DNA of 64,000 nt, taken from positions 5,725 to 69,724 of the forward strand of contig CAIUCV010000017.1 of NCBI GenBank assembly GCA_903897805.1. The letters run 5' to 3'. The position numbers and the translations under genes were made by a program. Shown here one piece after another: positions 23,582-33,780 of this stretch (the stretch's first letter is position 1; every line of letters begins with the position of its first letter). Below the pieces are notes generated by a model that had not been told where the DNA came from, ran no database searches, and saw nothing but the letters and a program-made list of their open reading frames with translations. The DNA comes from Candidatus Yanofskybacteria bacterium (GTDB lineage: Bacteria > Patescibacteriota > Minisyncoccia > 2-02-FULL-40-12 > IGHO2-01-FULL-4-A).

Positions 23582-24145
23582 TTAAAAAGTATTGACACCC
23601 ATGGTTGAATTAACTTGCTTTAGGTCAAACGGCGGTACGGAGTGAAAATCTAAAATAGTAATATTATCGGCTTTGTCCCTTACGGCAACAATTATTACGT
23701 TGTGATTTTCCAAAATATATTTTATCCTTATGGTCTGTATCTCGCCTAAAGTATTGAGACCTCTTTTATCTAAAGTTTTTCTGGCATTGTTTATTAAATA
23801 ATCCACGAACTCAACGGGAAATTTTACATCCGTTTCATTGTTAATCCTTGCTTCACTCACATCGTCGTTGCGAAGCACGTAATCCCTGTTTTCTTCCTGC
23901 CATTCCTCTATAAAACCGGGGGTGCTTTTGCCCCTTTCTCTCTTTTTAGCCCTAAGATAACCTGCCTCCTGACCTATCGGCACATGTGCTCCCTTTGGCT
24001 CCTGTGTTAAGCCCAATCTTTCTCTTTCCTTTGCCTCATACCAAGTATCCCCTTCGATTCTCTCAAGAGTTTGAGCTAATTCTTTGGGAGAGATTTTCTT
24101 TTTCTCCATAACTACTATAATATCATCGTGAGCCAAAAATGGCAA
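23582..24145 (-). CDS. Hypothetical protein (187 aa)
   Basis: ORF only. Its 5' end overlaps the start of the opposite-strand methyltransferase, so the true start is probably internal (MEKKK at 24109). Confidence 0.4.
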   Translation of the reverse strand: MPFLAHDDIIVVMEKKKISPKELAQTLERIEGDTWYEAKERERLGLTQEPKGAHVPIGQEAGYLRAKKRERGKSTPGFIEEWQEENRDYVLRNDDVSEARINNETDVKFPVEFVDYLINNARKTLDKRGLNTLGEIQTIRIKYILENHNVIIVAVRDKADNITILDFHSVPPFDLKQVNSTMGVNTF

Positions 24146-24622
24146 GAAATCTATCTAATCTTACACAATATCCGGAGCGCCTATAATGTCGGCTCTATTT
24201 TCAGGACGGCCGATGCGGCTGGTATAGAAAAAATCTATGTGTGCGGTTATTCGCCGATTCCTAACGACAAAAAGGTTGCTAAAACCGCTCTAGGCGCTGA
24301 AAAATCCGTTCCGTGGAAGTATTGCAAACAAACGTGGCGGCTATTGGAAAAATTAAAAAAAGAGGGTGTACAAATTGTGGCCCTTGAGCAGACAAAAAAG
24401 TCAGTTGATTACCGACGATTTAGACCAAGATTTCCGACGGCTTTAGCGGTAGGCAATGAGGTTAGGGGATTGAGCAAAAAGATTTTAAAATATGCGGATA
24501 AAATAATCGCTATACCTATGTATGGTAAAAAGGAGAGTTTGAATGTGGCAGTCGCGGCCGGGATTGCTGTTTTTAAAATAATTGAACAAAAAAAACCGCG
24601 TCAAGCGCGGTTAAGACAGTAA
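24128..24622 (+). CDS. SpoU-family RNA 2'-O-methyltransferase (TrmL-like)
   Basis: SPOUT motifs (NVGSIFRTADAAG, ALAVGNE..GLS, IPMYG...SLNVAVAAGIA); ~160 aa as in TrmL. Confidence 0.8.
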   Translation: MSQKWQEIYLILHNIRSAYNVGSIFRTADAAGIEKIYVCGYSPIPNDKKVAKTALGAEKSVPWKYCKQTWRLLEKLKKEGVQIVALEQTKKSVDYRRFRPRFPTALAVGNEVRGLSKKILKYADKIIAIPMYGKKESLNVAVAAGIAVFKIIEQKKPRQARLRQ

Positions 24623-24651
24623 AAAGAAAAGTGCGGACGGAATCATAGGAA

Positions 24652-25044
24652 TCAGGGTTTCAAGTCTCTGGCCAGCACGTGCTGAATCTGCGCAGGACTA
24701 AGGAAAATTCCAGATTTTACGGGCTCCGCCTTTTTGTTAAAAGAAAAGTAGAAATTCACGGCTTGCCCTTCGCCCCACAATCCCAATCTTTGCAAAATCC
24801 TGTCCCAGGTATAATGCTCTAAGCAGAAGGAGGAAATAAAAGCATTCTCGTCGGTTGAAATTATACTTATAATCTTAGCCAGATATTGCCGGGAAAATAT
24901 TTCCTCGCCAATCATGGCCTCGGCTATTTTTTGGGCAATTTCCAAGCTTTGGGCAGAAATGACCCTTCCAATTACCCCGCCCTCTCTGTAATTTCGGCTG
25001 CTGATTTTTACTTCAAGCTCAAACACTATTTTGAAGTTCCGCAT
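24652..25044 (-). CDS. Hypothetical protein (130 aa)
   Basis: ORF only. Confidence 0.35.
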   Translation of the reverse strand: MRNFKIVFELEVKISSRNYREGGVIGRVISAQSLEIAQKIAEAMIGEEIFSRQYLAKIISIISTDENAFISSFCLEHYTWDRILQRLGLWGEGQAVNFYFSFNKKAEPVKSGIFLSPAQIQHVLARDLKP

Positions 25045-25078
25045 TTTCGCCCCCTAATTTTCAAACTACAAGGATGAT

Positions 25079-25723
25079 ATGAAATTACCACATAAAACCT
25101 TGGAACGCAAATTGTTTAATGATGGCTATCGCTCCGTTATTGGTATAGATGAAGTAGGGATGGGCTGTTTGGCCGGGCCAGTGGTTGTATGCGCCGTTTT
25201 GTTCGGCAAAAAGTTTTTTAAGAAAACGCACAAAAAACTGCATTGGCTAAGGGACTCAAAGCTTCTCTCGCCGCACCAGAGGGAAAAATTCGTTTCCGAA
25301 TTGCTGAAAGAAAAAGGATTAAAATTCCAAACCGCCCGCTGTCTCCCCAAAACAATAGACAAAATTAATATCTACCGAGCCGCGCGGCTGGCAATGCGAA
25401 GAGTGGTCAATAAGCTAAGAGCCGAAAACTCCAAGATGAAAACTGTCGTGTTGGTTGATGGAAAAACGAAAATTACCGGTTTAAAAATTCCGCAGATCGC
25501 AGTCGTCAAAGGCGACCGTAAGGTTTTTTCCATCGCCTGCGCGTCAATTATCGCAAAGGTCACGCGCGACAAGATGATGAAAAAATACGCCAAAAAATAC
25601 CCGAATTACGGTTTTGAAAAACACAAGGGCTACGGGACGAAGCTTCATCAAGCGCAATTAGCCGTTTTGGGGCCTTGCAAGCTCCACAGAAGGTCTTTTG
25701 CGCCGGTGGCAAAACTATTGTAA
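25079..25723 (+). CDS. rnhB: Ribonuclease HII
   Basis: VIGIDEVGMGCLAGPVV active-site region. Confidence 0.9.
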   Translation: MKLPHKTLERKLFNDGYRSVIGIDEVGMGCLAGPVVVCAVLFGKKFFKKTHKKLHWLRDSKLLSPHQREKFVSELLKEKGLKFQTARCLPKTIDKINIYRAARLAMRRVVNKLRAENSKMKTVVLVDGKTKITGLKIPQIAVVKGDRKVFSIACASIIAKVTRDKMMKKYAKKYPNYGFEKHKGYGTKLHQAQLAVLGPCKLHRRSFAPVAKLL

Positions 25724-25732
25724 AATACCATT

Positions 25733-26749
25733 ATGGACAAAATTAAAATAGCAATTAACGGTTTCGGTAGAATTGGGCGGATATTTTTCCGCCAAGCTTT
25801 TGGTAATCCAAAATTGGACTTCGTCGCCATCAACGACCTAGGTTCACCGGAAAATCTTGCCTATTTGCTCAAATATGACAGCGTTTATGGCCCTTACGAA
25901 AAAAGTGTTGAGGTTAAAAACGGCAAATTAATCGTGGACAGGGAACGCGAGATACCCGTGCTTTCCGAAAAAGACCCGGCAAAACTTCCGTGGAAAGACC
26001 TTGGGGTTGATGTTGTTATTGAATCAACCGGCATTTTTGAATCCCGTGACAAAGCAAAGGCGCACCTTGATGCCGGGGCAAAGAGAGTAGTTATCACAGC
26101 ACCGGCGAAGGACGATACAACGCCAACCGCGACTCCGAATGTAGGCGAAGAATTTCTAAAGTCCGATAAAATCACTTCCAACGCTTCCTGCACCACCAAT
26201 GCCATAACTCCAATAATGGCGGTAATGATGAAGACGCCGGGGATTAAAAAAGCGGTACTGAATACGGTTCATGGTTACACGGCAACGCAGGGCTTGGTTG
26301 ACGGCCCTGACCGCAAGAATGATTTCAGACGCGGAAGGGCAGCGGCACAAAACATCGCTCCCTCTTCCACCGGCGCGGCACTGGCGGCAACTAAAGCTGT
26401 GCCGGAACTCGTCGGCAAATTTGACGGTATTGCTTTGCGCATACCGTTAATTTGCGGCTCAATTGCTGATTTCACTTTTATTGCCGCTAAACCTACTTCT
26501 GTTGAAGAAATCAACGATATTTTCAAAAAGGCGGCGGCCCAAGAAGAATGGAAGGGGATTTTGGCAATTACCGAGGAACCGCTTGTTTCAACGGACATTC
26601 TTCGCAATCCCCATGGTTCAATCGTTGACCTAACAATGACAAGAGTAATAGATGGTGACTTAGTAAAGGTCCTCGCTTGGTACGACAATGAGTGGGGATA
26701 CGGAGCAATGCTATTGAAACATGTATTGGCTGTGGCTCAATTACTTTAA
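25733..26749 (+). CDS. gap: Glyceraldehyde-3-phosphate dehydrogenase
   Basis: KIAINGFGRIGR Rossmann start and SCTTN catalytic Cys motif. Confidence 0.92.
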   Translation: MDKIKIAINGFGRIGRIFFRQAFGNPKLDFVAINDLGSPENLAYLLKYDSVYGPYEKSVEVKNGKLIVDREREIPVLSEKDPAKLPWKDLGVDVVIESTGIFESRDKAKAHLDAGAKRVVITAPAKDDTTPTATPNVGEEFLKSDKITSNASCTTNAITPIMAVMMKTPGIKKAVLNTVHGYTATQGLVDGPDRKNDFRRGRAAAQNIAPSSTGAALAATKAVPELVGKFDGIALRIPLICGSIADFTFIAAKPTSVEEINDIFKKAAAQEEWKGILAITEEPLVSTDILRNPHGSIVDLTMTRVIDGDLVKVLAWYDNEWGYGAMLLKHVLAVAQLL

Positions 26750-26754
26750 ACAGA

Positions 26755-27618
26755 ATGTCCGAATATATCCACGACGAAAAAATAAAGGAGCTGGAAGAAA
26801 AGGCCAACCAGATACGTCAATCAATAATTGAAATGCTGGTTGCCGCCGGTTCCGGCCACACAGCCGGTCCTATGGGCATGGCTGATATTTTTACGGCCTT
26901 TTATTTTCATATTTTAAATCACGATCCTAAAAATCCGGAGTGGCCGGAGCGTGATCGGCTTATTCTTTCCAACGGCCACATTTGCCCAGTCCGCTATGCC
27001 GCCATGGCCCACGCGGGATATTTTCCGATTGAGGAATTAAAAACTCTGCGCAAATTCGGCTCACGCCTACAGGGCCATCCCGAAAGAGAAAGATTACCCG
27101 GTTTAGAAACATCCTCCGGCCCGCTCGGTTCCGGTTTGGGCGAGGCCTGCGGCATTGCTTATGCAGCCCGAATGGATAGCAATAAATTCAGAGTTTATTG
27201 CACCATGGGCGACGGGGAGCTGGATTCCGGCAATATTTGGGAGTCAGTAATGTTCGCCGGCAAATACAAACTCAACAACCTCACTGGCATTATTGACCGC
27301 AACAATATCCAAATTGACGGCATGACCGAGAATGTTATGCCTCTTGAGCCGCTGAAGGAAAAATTTGAAGCGTTCAATTGGCATGTGCTTGAAGTTGATG
27401 GCCATAATATTGAACAATTTGTGGACGCTTGCGAGGAAGCTAAGGCAATTTATGAAAAGCCGACAATGATTATAGCCCATACTATTGCCGGTAAAGGTAT
27501 CCCCGAAATTGAGTTTGATTACAAATGGCACGGCAAATCGCCCAAACCCGAAGAAGCCCAAAAATTTTTGGCTGAATTAAGAACTTTGGGCGGAAAAATA
27601 CAAAGCGAGCACCAATAA
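26755..27618 (+). CDS. Transketolase, N-terminal (TPP-binding) subunit
   Basis: GSGHTAGPMGMADI and GDG..DSG.IWE motifs. Probable start MSEYIHD at 26755; the tracked ORF begins at 26692 inside gap. Confidence 0.88.
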   Translation: MSEYIHDEKIKELEEKANQIRQSIIEMLVAAGSGHTAGPMGMADIFTAFYFHILNHDPKNPEWPERDRLILSNGHICPVRYAAMAHAGYFPIEELKTLRKFGSRLQGHPERERLPGLETSSGPLGSGLGEACGIAYAARMDSNKFRVYCTMGDGELDSGNIWESVMFAGKYKLNNLTGIIDRNNIQIDGMTENVMPLEPLKEKFEAFNWHVLEVDGHNIEQFVDACEEAKAIYEKPTMIIAHTIAGKGIPEIEFDYKWHGKSPKPEEAQKFLAELRTLGGKIQSEHQ

Positions 27619-27644
27619 TATAAAGCGTCGGAAATTTTATAATC

Positions 27645-28646
27645 ATGATGAACCCAGAGGCAAAGTTAGCAGAAAATTTATTGGATAAATCAAAGTTGGA
27701 AATGGTGCCGACAAGAATGGGTTTTGGCAAGGGATTGGTTGAGGCAGGGGATAAAGATAAGCGAGTAATGGCTTTATGCTGCGACCTGACCGAATCCACC
27801 CAGGTTCATCTTTTTGCTCAGAAATATCCCGACAGATACATTGAGATCGGCATCGCCGAACAAAATATGGTTTGCGTCGCCGCCGGCTTGGCTCTTCAGG
27901 GCAAGATTCCTTTTGTTACCTCTTACGCAACTTTCGGTCCGGGCCGCAACAATGAGCAGATAAGAACGGCGGTATGCATCAGTAATTTGCCGGTAAAGAT
28001 CGGCGGGATGCATGCCGGCGTTTCTGTCGGTCCGGACGGCATGACTCATCAGGCGCTTGAAGATATCGCTTTAATGAGAGTTCTACCGCGAATGATAGTT
28101 ATTGTACCCTGCGACGCCCTAGAATCGCAAAAGGCAACTTTGGCCGCCGCTTTCAACAACCAGCCGACGTATTTGCGATTCGGCAGGGAGAAAACCCCGG
28201 TTTTTACCGCGGCTGATACGCCTTTTGAAATCGGCAAAGCGCTGATTCTGCGAGATGGAAAAGATGTTGCAATCGTCGGGTGCGGTACATTGCTTTATAA
28301 CTCTCTGCTTGCCGCCGAGGAATTATCAAAAGAAGGAATTGAATGCATGGTCATAAACTCGCACACCGTTAAACCGCTTGACGAAAAAGTTATCATTGAA
28401 GCGGCTCAAAAAACCGGTGCGGTTGTCAGCGTTGAAGAGCACCAGGTTGCCGGGGGCCTCGGTTCGGCAATTGCCGAGTGCTTGGCAAAAAATCATCCCG
28501 TCCCGCAGGAATTCATAGGCGCCCAAGACCGTTTCGGCGAATCCGGTCAGCCCGACGAACTTATTGAAGCTATGGGGATGGGGGTTAACTCCATAAAAGA
28601 AGCGGTGAAGAAAGTTATTTCAAGGAAAGCAGGGATAGACAAATGA
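27645..28646 (+). CDS. Transketolase, C-terminal (pyrimidine-binding) subunit
   Basis: Follows the N-terminal subunit; split-transketolase arrangement. Confidence 0.88.
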   Translation: MMNPEAKLAENLLDKSKLEMVPTRMGFGKGLVEAGDKDKRVMALCCDLTESTQVHLFAQKYPDRYIEIGIAEQNMVCVAAGLALQGKIPFVTSYATFGPGRNNEQIRTAVCISNLPVKIGGMHAGVSVGPDGMTHQALEDIALMRVLPRMIVIVPCDALESQKATLAAAFNNQPTYLRFGREKTPVFTAADTPFEIGKALILRDGKDVAIVGCGTLLYNSLLAAEELSKEGIECMVINSHTVKPLDEKVIIEAAQKTGAVVSVEEHQVAGGLGSAIAECLAKNHPVPQEFIGAQDRFGESGQPDELIEAMGMGVNSIKEAVKKVISRKAGIDK

Positions 28647-28727
28647 GATTTCTTTATATATGATAAAGCCGTTATAAATAGAGAGGCTTGCTTGGGTTTA
28701 GCTTCATCCTATCAGGTACCCCGACCA

Positions 28728-28736
28728 GTGGTATAA
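28728..28736 (+). promoter_or_regulatory. Extended -10 promoter element (TGgTATAAT)
   Basis: Read directly upstream of the 28775 start. Confidence 0.4.
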
Positions 28737-28774
28737 TATACGGTGGCGAATTAAAAATTAAAAAATATAACAAA

Positions 28775-30913
28775 ATGAAAACAAAACTTTTTGTATTGAT
28801 TGGGTTGTTGGCTATTATTCTAATAAGTTTTTTTGTTGGTAATATCCCTGCGCAAGCGACCATTCCGTACACGCCAACCGCGGCTGAACAGGTGGTTTTA
28901 ACCAAGAATGCCTTGATACGCAGCTTTACAAACAGTCTGGCGGATGCAATTCGTAATCTAGGTTACACTCCAATCATAGAAGACCGGGTTATCGCGTCAG
29001 TTCCTATGAATGACATAAGCCTTTCCAGCCGAGTGCCAAATGTGTGGTACATAATAAAAATAGCTCAATTTCCTGATTGGCCGGGAGAAGAAATTAACTA
29101 TAATCAAACCCTAACGGATCCTAATAATTTCGCGGGCTATGCCACTCATATTATAGCCACAGCACCGTCGGAATCTTGGTGCCCGGGAACAAGACCGGAT
29201 AATAGTCAGGTAGTTCACTGTATTGGCCTTGGGTGTGAAATGACAACTGCTCCCGGTGGAATATCTCTTGGCTCTACACCAGTCGTCTCCGGTTCCGGAA
29301 CTCTAGCTCAATTTTTCCAAGCTCTGGAATACCTTCCGGCAGAATATTCAGATATGGTGGCGAAATTTCATACATTGTTTGATGGTTGGACGCCAGGTAT
29401 GCCTTATCCCGGCGCTTCCTCTTATACTCCTCTAACCAGAAGCATGAACGCTGCCGAAATCACCCAATTTTTCAGAGACAATTCTGGCTATGTCAACCCT
29501 TATCTCATTTTCACCTCCGGCGGAGTTTTTGGAGACCCTGCCAATTGGACATATCAACAGCATTATTGGTATGACCAAGCTTATCAATCAAATACCGGCC
29601 AACAATGCCCGGGCAGTTATTGCTCGGGAGTAGCCGAAGCGCACAGAGACCCTTTTAAAGACAATCTTGCTCAATGCACGGTCAGCAGTCCTTATAATAG
29701 AGTGGACAGCAAAGGCAATGTCTACAGTATTTTTGACGCTGGTACCAGTTATTCTGTTAGTTCGGGTGGGAAGACGACAAATATTCAAATAATTCCTCCA
29801 TATATGAGTCAATATGGATTATTGCAAAAACTGATGGACAGAGCTTATAACCCTCGAAATTTGAACGTAAGCGGCATAATGGAAACTGATGTTGGTAAAA
29901 TAGATTATCAAAAATTAAGGGCGTATGTTCTTAAAGCTATTGATGCTTATATTGCTCCTAAACTGCCGGTTTTTGTGGCGGCTCCTACTCCTCCTTATGA
30001 TATAGCTACGCGAGATGCTTACACTGCTTATATAAAAGCGGCGACCAAAGTGGTAGTGGAAGCGGTCCAGCAAGTACAGCTCACCATGGGAAGGGCTTCA
30101 GATGAAAAAGCGGCAGCTCTTGCGTTTATAAACCAATGGAATAAAGATCCGTTACCTGTATTAGGAAGTTCTACTTCTACTCCTACTTCTACTCCTACTT
30201 CTACTCCTACTTCTACTCCGATTCCGACACCTACTCCTACTTGTTGGTGGTGGATGCCAAATTGCTCGCCAACTCCAACCCCGATTCCGACTCCGACACC
30301 GACACCGACTTGTTGGTGGTGGGAAACATGTCAGCCGACTCCTACTCCCATTATTACCTTGACCCCAACGCCGACGTCCTCGTCAACACCGACTCCCTCT
30401 CCAACGCCTACCATTTCACCAATACCCACTAATCCCACTAGACTCTACATGCTGTCAGAAATAAACGATGGCGACCTCATAAGAGGGCAGGGGGATATCG
30501 CTGTCTGGATAGTAAAAATCGTGGGAGAAAAAAGATATAAAAGATGGCTCTTCGGCCCCCAGATATTCAAAGCCTATGGACACCTTGGTTTCAACAAGGT
30601 TAAAAACGTCAGCAAGGAAACCTTAAATAAATTTGACACCTCCAACCTGATTCGTAAATTTGACGATACTAAGGTTTATGAGCTCACGGATTTCGTACCT
30701 GGCAAAAGTGCTGCAAGGAGATGGATACAAACCTCAGAAATTTTCCTCCAGAGAGGCTTCGATTTTGACTCAGTTTACATAATAAACGCGGGGGAATTTA
30801 ATTTATACACCGAGGGTTCGCCACTGCCAATAACCAAAACAGATGAAACTAAAAACAGTCTCCCGCTAACTGCCAATCTCTCCGAGGCAATGTTGAGATT
30901 CTTGGGCTGGTAG
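28775..30913 (+). CDS. Large secreted protein with a Pro/Thr-rich linker carrying two CWWW-x2-C motifs
   Basis: Signal peptide [29 protein letters not shown] Cys-containing N-terminal domain, then (STPT)n and PTPT repeats with [12 protein letters not shown] and [12 protein letters not shown], then a C-terminal ~150-aa domain. The tracked ORF starts at 28688. Confidence 0.7.
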   Translation: MKTKLFVLIGLLAIILISFFVGNIPAQATIPYTPTAAEQVVLTKNALIRSFTNSLADAIRNLGYTPIIEDRVIASVPMNDISLSSRVPNVWYIIKIAQFPDWPGEEINYNQTLTDPNNFAGYATHIIATAPSESWCPGTRPDNSQVVHCIGLGCEMTTAPGGISLGSTPVVSGSGTLAQFFQALEYLPAEYSDMVAKFHTLFDGWTPGMPYPGASSYTPLTRSMNAAEITQFFRDNSGYVNPYLIFTSGGVFGDPANWTYQQHYWYDQAYQSNTGQQCPGSYCSGVAEAHRDPFKDNLAQCTVSSPYNRVDSKGNVYSIFDAGTSYSVSSGGKTTNIQIIPPYMSQYGLLQKLMDRAYNPRNLNVSGIMETDVGKIDYQKLRAYVLKAIDAYIAPKLPVFVAAPTPPYDIATRDAYTAYIKAATKVVVEAVQQVQLTMGRASDEKAAALAFINQWNKDPLPVLGSSTSTPTSTPTSTPTSTPIPTPTPTCWWWMPNCSPTPTPIPTPTPTPTCWWWETCQPTPTPIITLTPTPTSSSTPTPSPTPTISPIPTNPTRLYMLSEINDGDLIRGQGDIAVWIVKIVGEKRYKRWLFGPQIFKAYGHLGFNKVKNVSKETLNKFDTSNLIRKFDDTKVYELTDFVPGKSAARRWIQTSEIFLQRGFDFDSVYIINAGEFNLYTEGSPLPITKTDETKNSLPLTANLSEAMLRFLGW
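30170..30222 (+). repeat. In-frame 12-nt tandem repeat (tctactcctact, ~4 units) encoding (STPT)n
   Basis: Read directly. Confidence 0.8.
30226..30345 (+). repeat. Tandem duplication (~70-nt unit) encoding P(I/T)PTPT-CWWW-xxC-PTPT
   Basis: Two copies of ttgttggtggtgg-containing units flanked by ccgac/ccaac repeats. Confidence 0.6.
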
Positions 30914-30940
30914 GGCGTGTTTGAAAAAGTTGCGATTATA

Positions 30941-30972
30941 ACAAAACACTCCGCTAGCGGAGTGTTTTGTTC
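30941..30972. terminator. Bidirectional hairpin terminator (aacactccgc / gcggagtgtt)
   Basis: Lies between convergent genes. Confidence 0.55.
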
Positions 30973-30981
30973 TTGCAAGAT

Positions 30982-31524
30982 CTATACAAACTCCCTCATC
31001 CTTGCCAAGTCCTCTCTGAACATTGGCTCCCAATTAATATTCCGCAAAATTGCAGCCGGATGGTAGGTAATTAAAATCTTGTGGCTGTTTTTTTCTATAA
31101 CCTTGCCGCGATTTTCGGCCATAGTACCCCCAATGCCAAGACCGGCCATCGCAATCCGTCCGAGTATAACAATCAACTTCGGGTCAACAACTTCTATTTC
31201 TTTTTCTATCGCCGGCCTGAATTTTTCTATCTCCTGCGGCATAGGTGTAAGAGTGCCGCCTACGGCGTCGCGCGGCCTATATTTTACGATGTTGGTAATA
31301 TAGAAATCGCTTCTTTGCCAGCCAAGTATTTCCAATGTCGCATTAAGCAGTTTACCGGCCCGGCCTACAAACGGCTTACCCTGTTTTTCTTCGTCAGCGC
31401 CCGGTGCCTCGCCGATAATCATAACCGGCGCGTCCGGCGAGCCGTCATTAAACACCAAGGTCTTTCCCGGATAGGCCTCTTTTATCGCTTTGAAGATATA
31501 TTCAAGCTTTTGATTTTTGTCCAC
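30982..31524 (-). CDS. Uracil-DNA glycosylase, family 4
   Basis: [23 protein letters not shown] motif. Confidence 0.88.
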   Translation of the reverse strand: MDKNQKLEYIFKAIKEAYPGKTLVFNDGSPDAPVMIIGEAPGADEEKQGKPFVGRAGKLLNATLEILGWQRSDFYITNIVKYRPRDAVGGTLTPMPQEIEKFRPAIEKEIEVVDPKLIVILGRIAMAGLGIGGTMAENRGKVIEKNSHKILITYHPAAILRNINWEPMFREDLARMREFV

Positions 31525-31563
31525 TTCTCTGTTATCCTATCAATAAAATGGCGGTTTTTAAAG

Positions 31564-31638
31564 GGGCGTGTAGTTCAATGGTAGAACGTCGATCTGATAA
31601 GTCGAAGGTTCTAGGTCCGATTCCTAGCACGCCCACCA
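31564..31638 (+). tRNA. tRNA-Ile (anticodon GAU), CCA encoded
   Basis: Manual cloverleaf: acceptor GGGCGTG/CACGCCC, D-arm GTTC-AATGGTA-GAAC, anticodon loop CTGATAA, T-arm CTAGG-TCCGATT-CCTAG, then ACCA. Confidence 0.85.
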
Positions 31639-31686
31639 AAACCTATTTGTTTTGTCGGCAACAAAAAGTGAGTTATAATTAAATCA

Positions 31687-32421
31687 ATGAACAACGATCA
31701 TCTCAACGTCCCGGCATCAAAACTGCCGTTGGTGGAAAAGCTCCCGCCCGAGAAGGATTGGAGACAATCTTTCCATTGGCGGATATTCAGAATAATGGCC
31801 GAGCTTGTTGACGGCTGGCAATTTCTTGCCGACCTCAAAAAAACGGTTACATTTTTCGGTTCGGCAAGAACCAAAGAGGGCGACAAGTGGTATGAGGAAG
31901 CGAGACAGCTTGGCGAAATGCTGGCCAATGACGGCTTTAGCATCATCACCGGCGGCGGGCCGGGCATAATGGAAGCCGCAAATCGCGGAGCGCATGAGGC
32001 CAAAGAGAAGTCAAACAATCCGGAAGTGGTCGGCAGTTCAATCGGGCTTAACATAAAACTTCATTTTGAGCAAAGAATCAATGCTTTTGTGGACAAGGCA
32101 ATTGCTTTCCACTACTTTTTCGTCAGGAAAGTGATGCTCTCCTATTACGCCCAAGCTTATGTTTACTTCCCCGGCGGATTTGGCACGCTTGATGAAGCCT
32201 TTGAATTGTCCACCTTGGTCCAGGTCAAAAAAGTTCCTAATATTCCCATTATCCTGGTTGGCAAAGATTATTGGGAACCATTGGCAAAATGGATTAAAGA
32301 ATGTGTCTACGAAAAATACGAAGCAATAGATAAAGACGATATGGATATTTACAAAATCGTGGACAGCGCCGAAGAGGCCTATGAGATCATCAAAAAGGCA
32401 CCGGAAAGAAAAGAGTTTTAG
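31687..32421 (+). CDS. LOG-family (TIGR00730, lysine-decarboxylase-like) protein
   Basis: Motifs GGGPGIMEA and PGG.GTLDE. Confidence 0.8.
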   Translation: MNNDHLNVPASKLPLVEKLPPEKDWRQSFHWRIFRIMAELVDGWQFLADLKKTVTFFGSARTKEGDKWYEEARQLGEMLANDGFSIITGGGPGIMEAANRGAHEAKEKSNNPEVVGSSIGLNIKLHFEQRINAFVDKAIAFHYFFVRKVMLSYYAQAYVYFPGGFGTLDEAFELSTLVQVKKVPNIPIILVGKDYWEPLAKWIKECVYEKYEAIDKDDMDIYKIVDSAEEAYEIIKKAPERKEF

Positions 32422-32481
32422 GGCTTCAAATTTAAATGGAAATGTGGTATAAATAAAGCGCGAAAGCGCTTTATTTATTAA

Positions 32482-32553
32482 GGGCCGGTAGTTCAGCGGT
32501 AGAACGCCGCTTTTGCAAAGCGGAGGTCAGGGGTCCGACTCCCCTCCGGTCCA
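32482..32553 (+). tRNA. tRNA-Ala (anticodon UGC), CCA not encoded
   Basis: Manual fold: acceptor GGGCCGG/CCGGTCC with the G3:U70 alanine identity pair; anticodon loop TTTGCAA; T-arm AGGGG-TCCGACT-CCCCT. Confidence 0.85.
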
Positions 32554-32585
32554 CAAAATTAAAACTGCTCGATTGAGCGGTTTTA

Positions 32586-33776
32586 ATGTGCTCGCATTTC
32601 GCATATAATTTCTTTGTCATGATTCACCGAGGCATCGCAACATTCGGGCTTGATTACGGCAAGTGCCCGCCATGGCTTTTTGAGCGTATGGTTAGGCTCG
32701 GCCGACAGATTCTGGTTGTGATGAATGAGGAATACGGCCCGGATGAGTTTATAAAACGAATTGCCGACCCGGGCTGGTTTCAATCACTGGGAACCGTGCT
32801 GGCCTTTGACTGGAACGCATCGGGGCTGACAACTATTCTCACGGCGGCGCTCAAAGAAGCGATCCGCGGAGAGGAAAGGAATTTCGGCTTCTTCATTTGC
32901 GGGGGTAAGGGCAAAACTTCGCTTAAAACGCCCGACGAAATACGAAATTGGGGCGGGGTTTTAAGTTTGCCCGAACCGCAAGTCAACAATCTGGTTTACA
33001 ATTCCAAAATGGCGGCGAAAGTTGACTCAAGCTTGGTCCAGGACGGTTTTCAGATTTATCATCATGCCTTTTTCTTCTCAAAAAACGGGGCATGGGCGGT
33101 AGTTCAGCAGGGGATGAATGCGGCAAACCAATCGGCCCGCCGTTATCATTGGTATTCCAAAAATATAACCGACTTGGTTGTGGAACCGCATTCGGGCATT
33201 TCCAGCCAAACGCTGGCAAAAACTCTTAATCTGACGGCGAGAGAAAGTAAACCAACCCAAGAATTAAGCACTGAGATGGTTCAGGGAAACTACTTTGGCT
33301 TGATGAAAGATGTGGAGACTCTTCGCCGCCATTATTCGGAATTTTCCCAATCCTTGAAAATCAAACAGGGCAATCAAACCTTAACTCTTCTAAATCTGGA
33401 AAACAGGGAATTCAAATGGCATCCGGTAGTAACGGAAGATTTTAGCAAGAGTAAATATTTGGAAAAAATCTTGTACAAAGTTTGCGAAATGAGACCGGAT
33501 AATTATGAAAAACTGGTTTCCCTTGAAGGCGTGGGGCCAAAGACCGTCAGGGCTTTGAGTTTGGTCTCCGAAGTAATCTACGGCGCCAAGCCGTCCTATC
33601 AAGATCCGGCGCGCTATAGTTTCGCTCACGGCGGAAAAGACGCCACGCCTTATCCAGTTGACAGACCGACTTACGACTCCACAATTTCATTTTTCCAGAG
33701 AATAATTGACAAGCTCAAAATCCCGCTTTCGGAAAAAAGAAAACTGGAAAACAGACTGGCTGGCGTGGTAGATTAG
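32586..33776 (+). CDS. Conserved hypothetical protein (possibly DUF763-like)
   Basis: 396-aa ORF with probable start MIHRG at 32619; family assignment is from memory and uncertain. Confidence 0.5.
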   Translation: MCSHFAYNFFVMIHRGIATFGLDYGKCPPWLFERMVRLGRQILVVMNEEYGPDEFIKRIADPGWFQSLGTVLAFDWNASGLTTILTAALKEAIRGEERNFGFFICGGKGKTSLKTPDEIRNWGGVLSLPEPQVNNLVYNSKMAAKVDSSLVQDGFQIYHHAFFFSKNGAWAVVQQGMNAANQSARRYHWYSKNITDLVVEPHSGISSQTLAKTLNLTARESKPTQELSTEMVQGNYFGLMKDVETLRRHYSEFSQSLKIKQGNQTLTLLNLENREFKWHPVVTEDFSKSKYLEKILYKVCEMRPDNYEKLVSLEGVGPKTVRALSLVSEVIYGAKPSYQDPARYSFAHGGKDATPYPVDRPTYDSTISFFQRIIDKLKIPLSEKRKLENRLAGVVD

Positions 33777-33780
33777 AACT

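Noticed and set aside
30170-30345. Tandem repeats in the PT-rich protein as a possible CRISPR array
   Set aside because: Repeats are 12 nt and ~70 nt, in-frame and protein-coding, with no spacer or repeat architecture and no cas genes.
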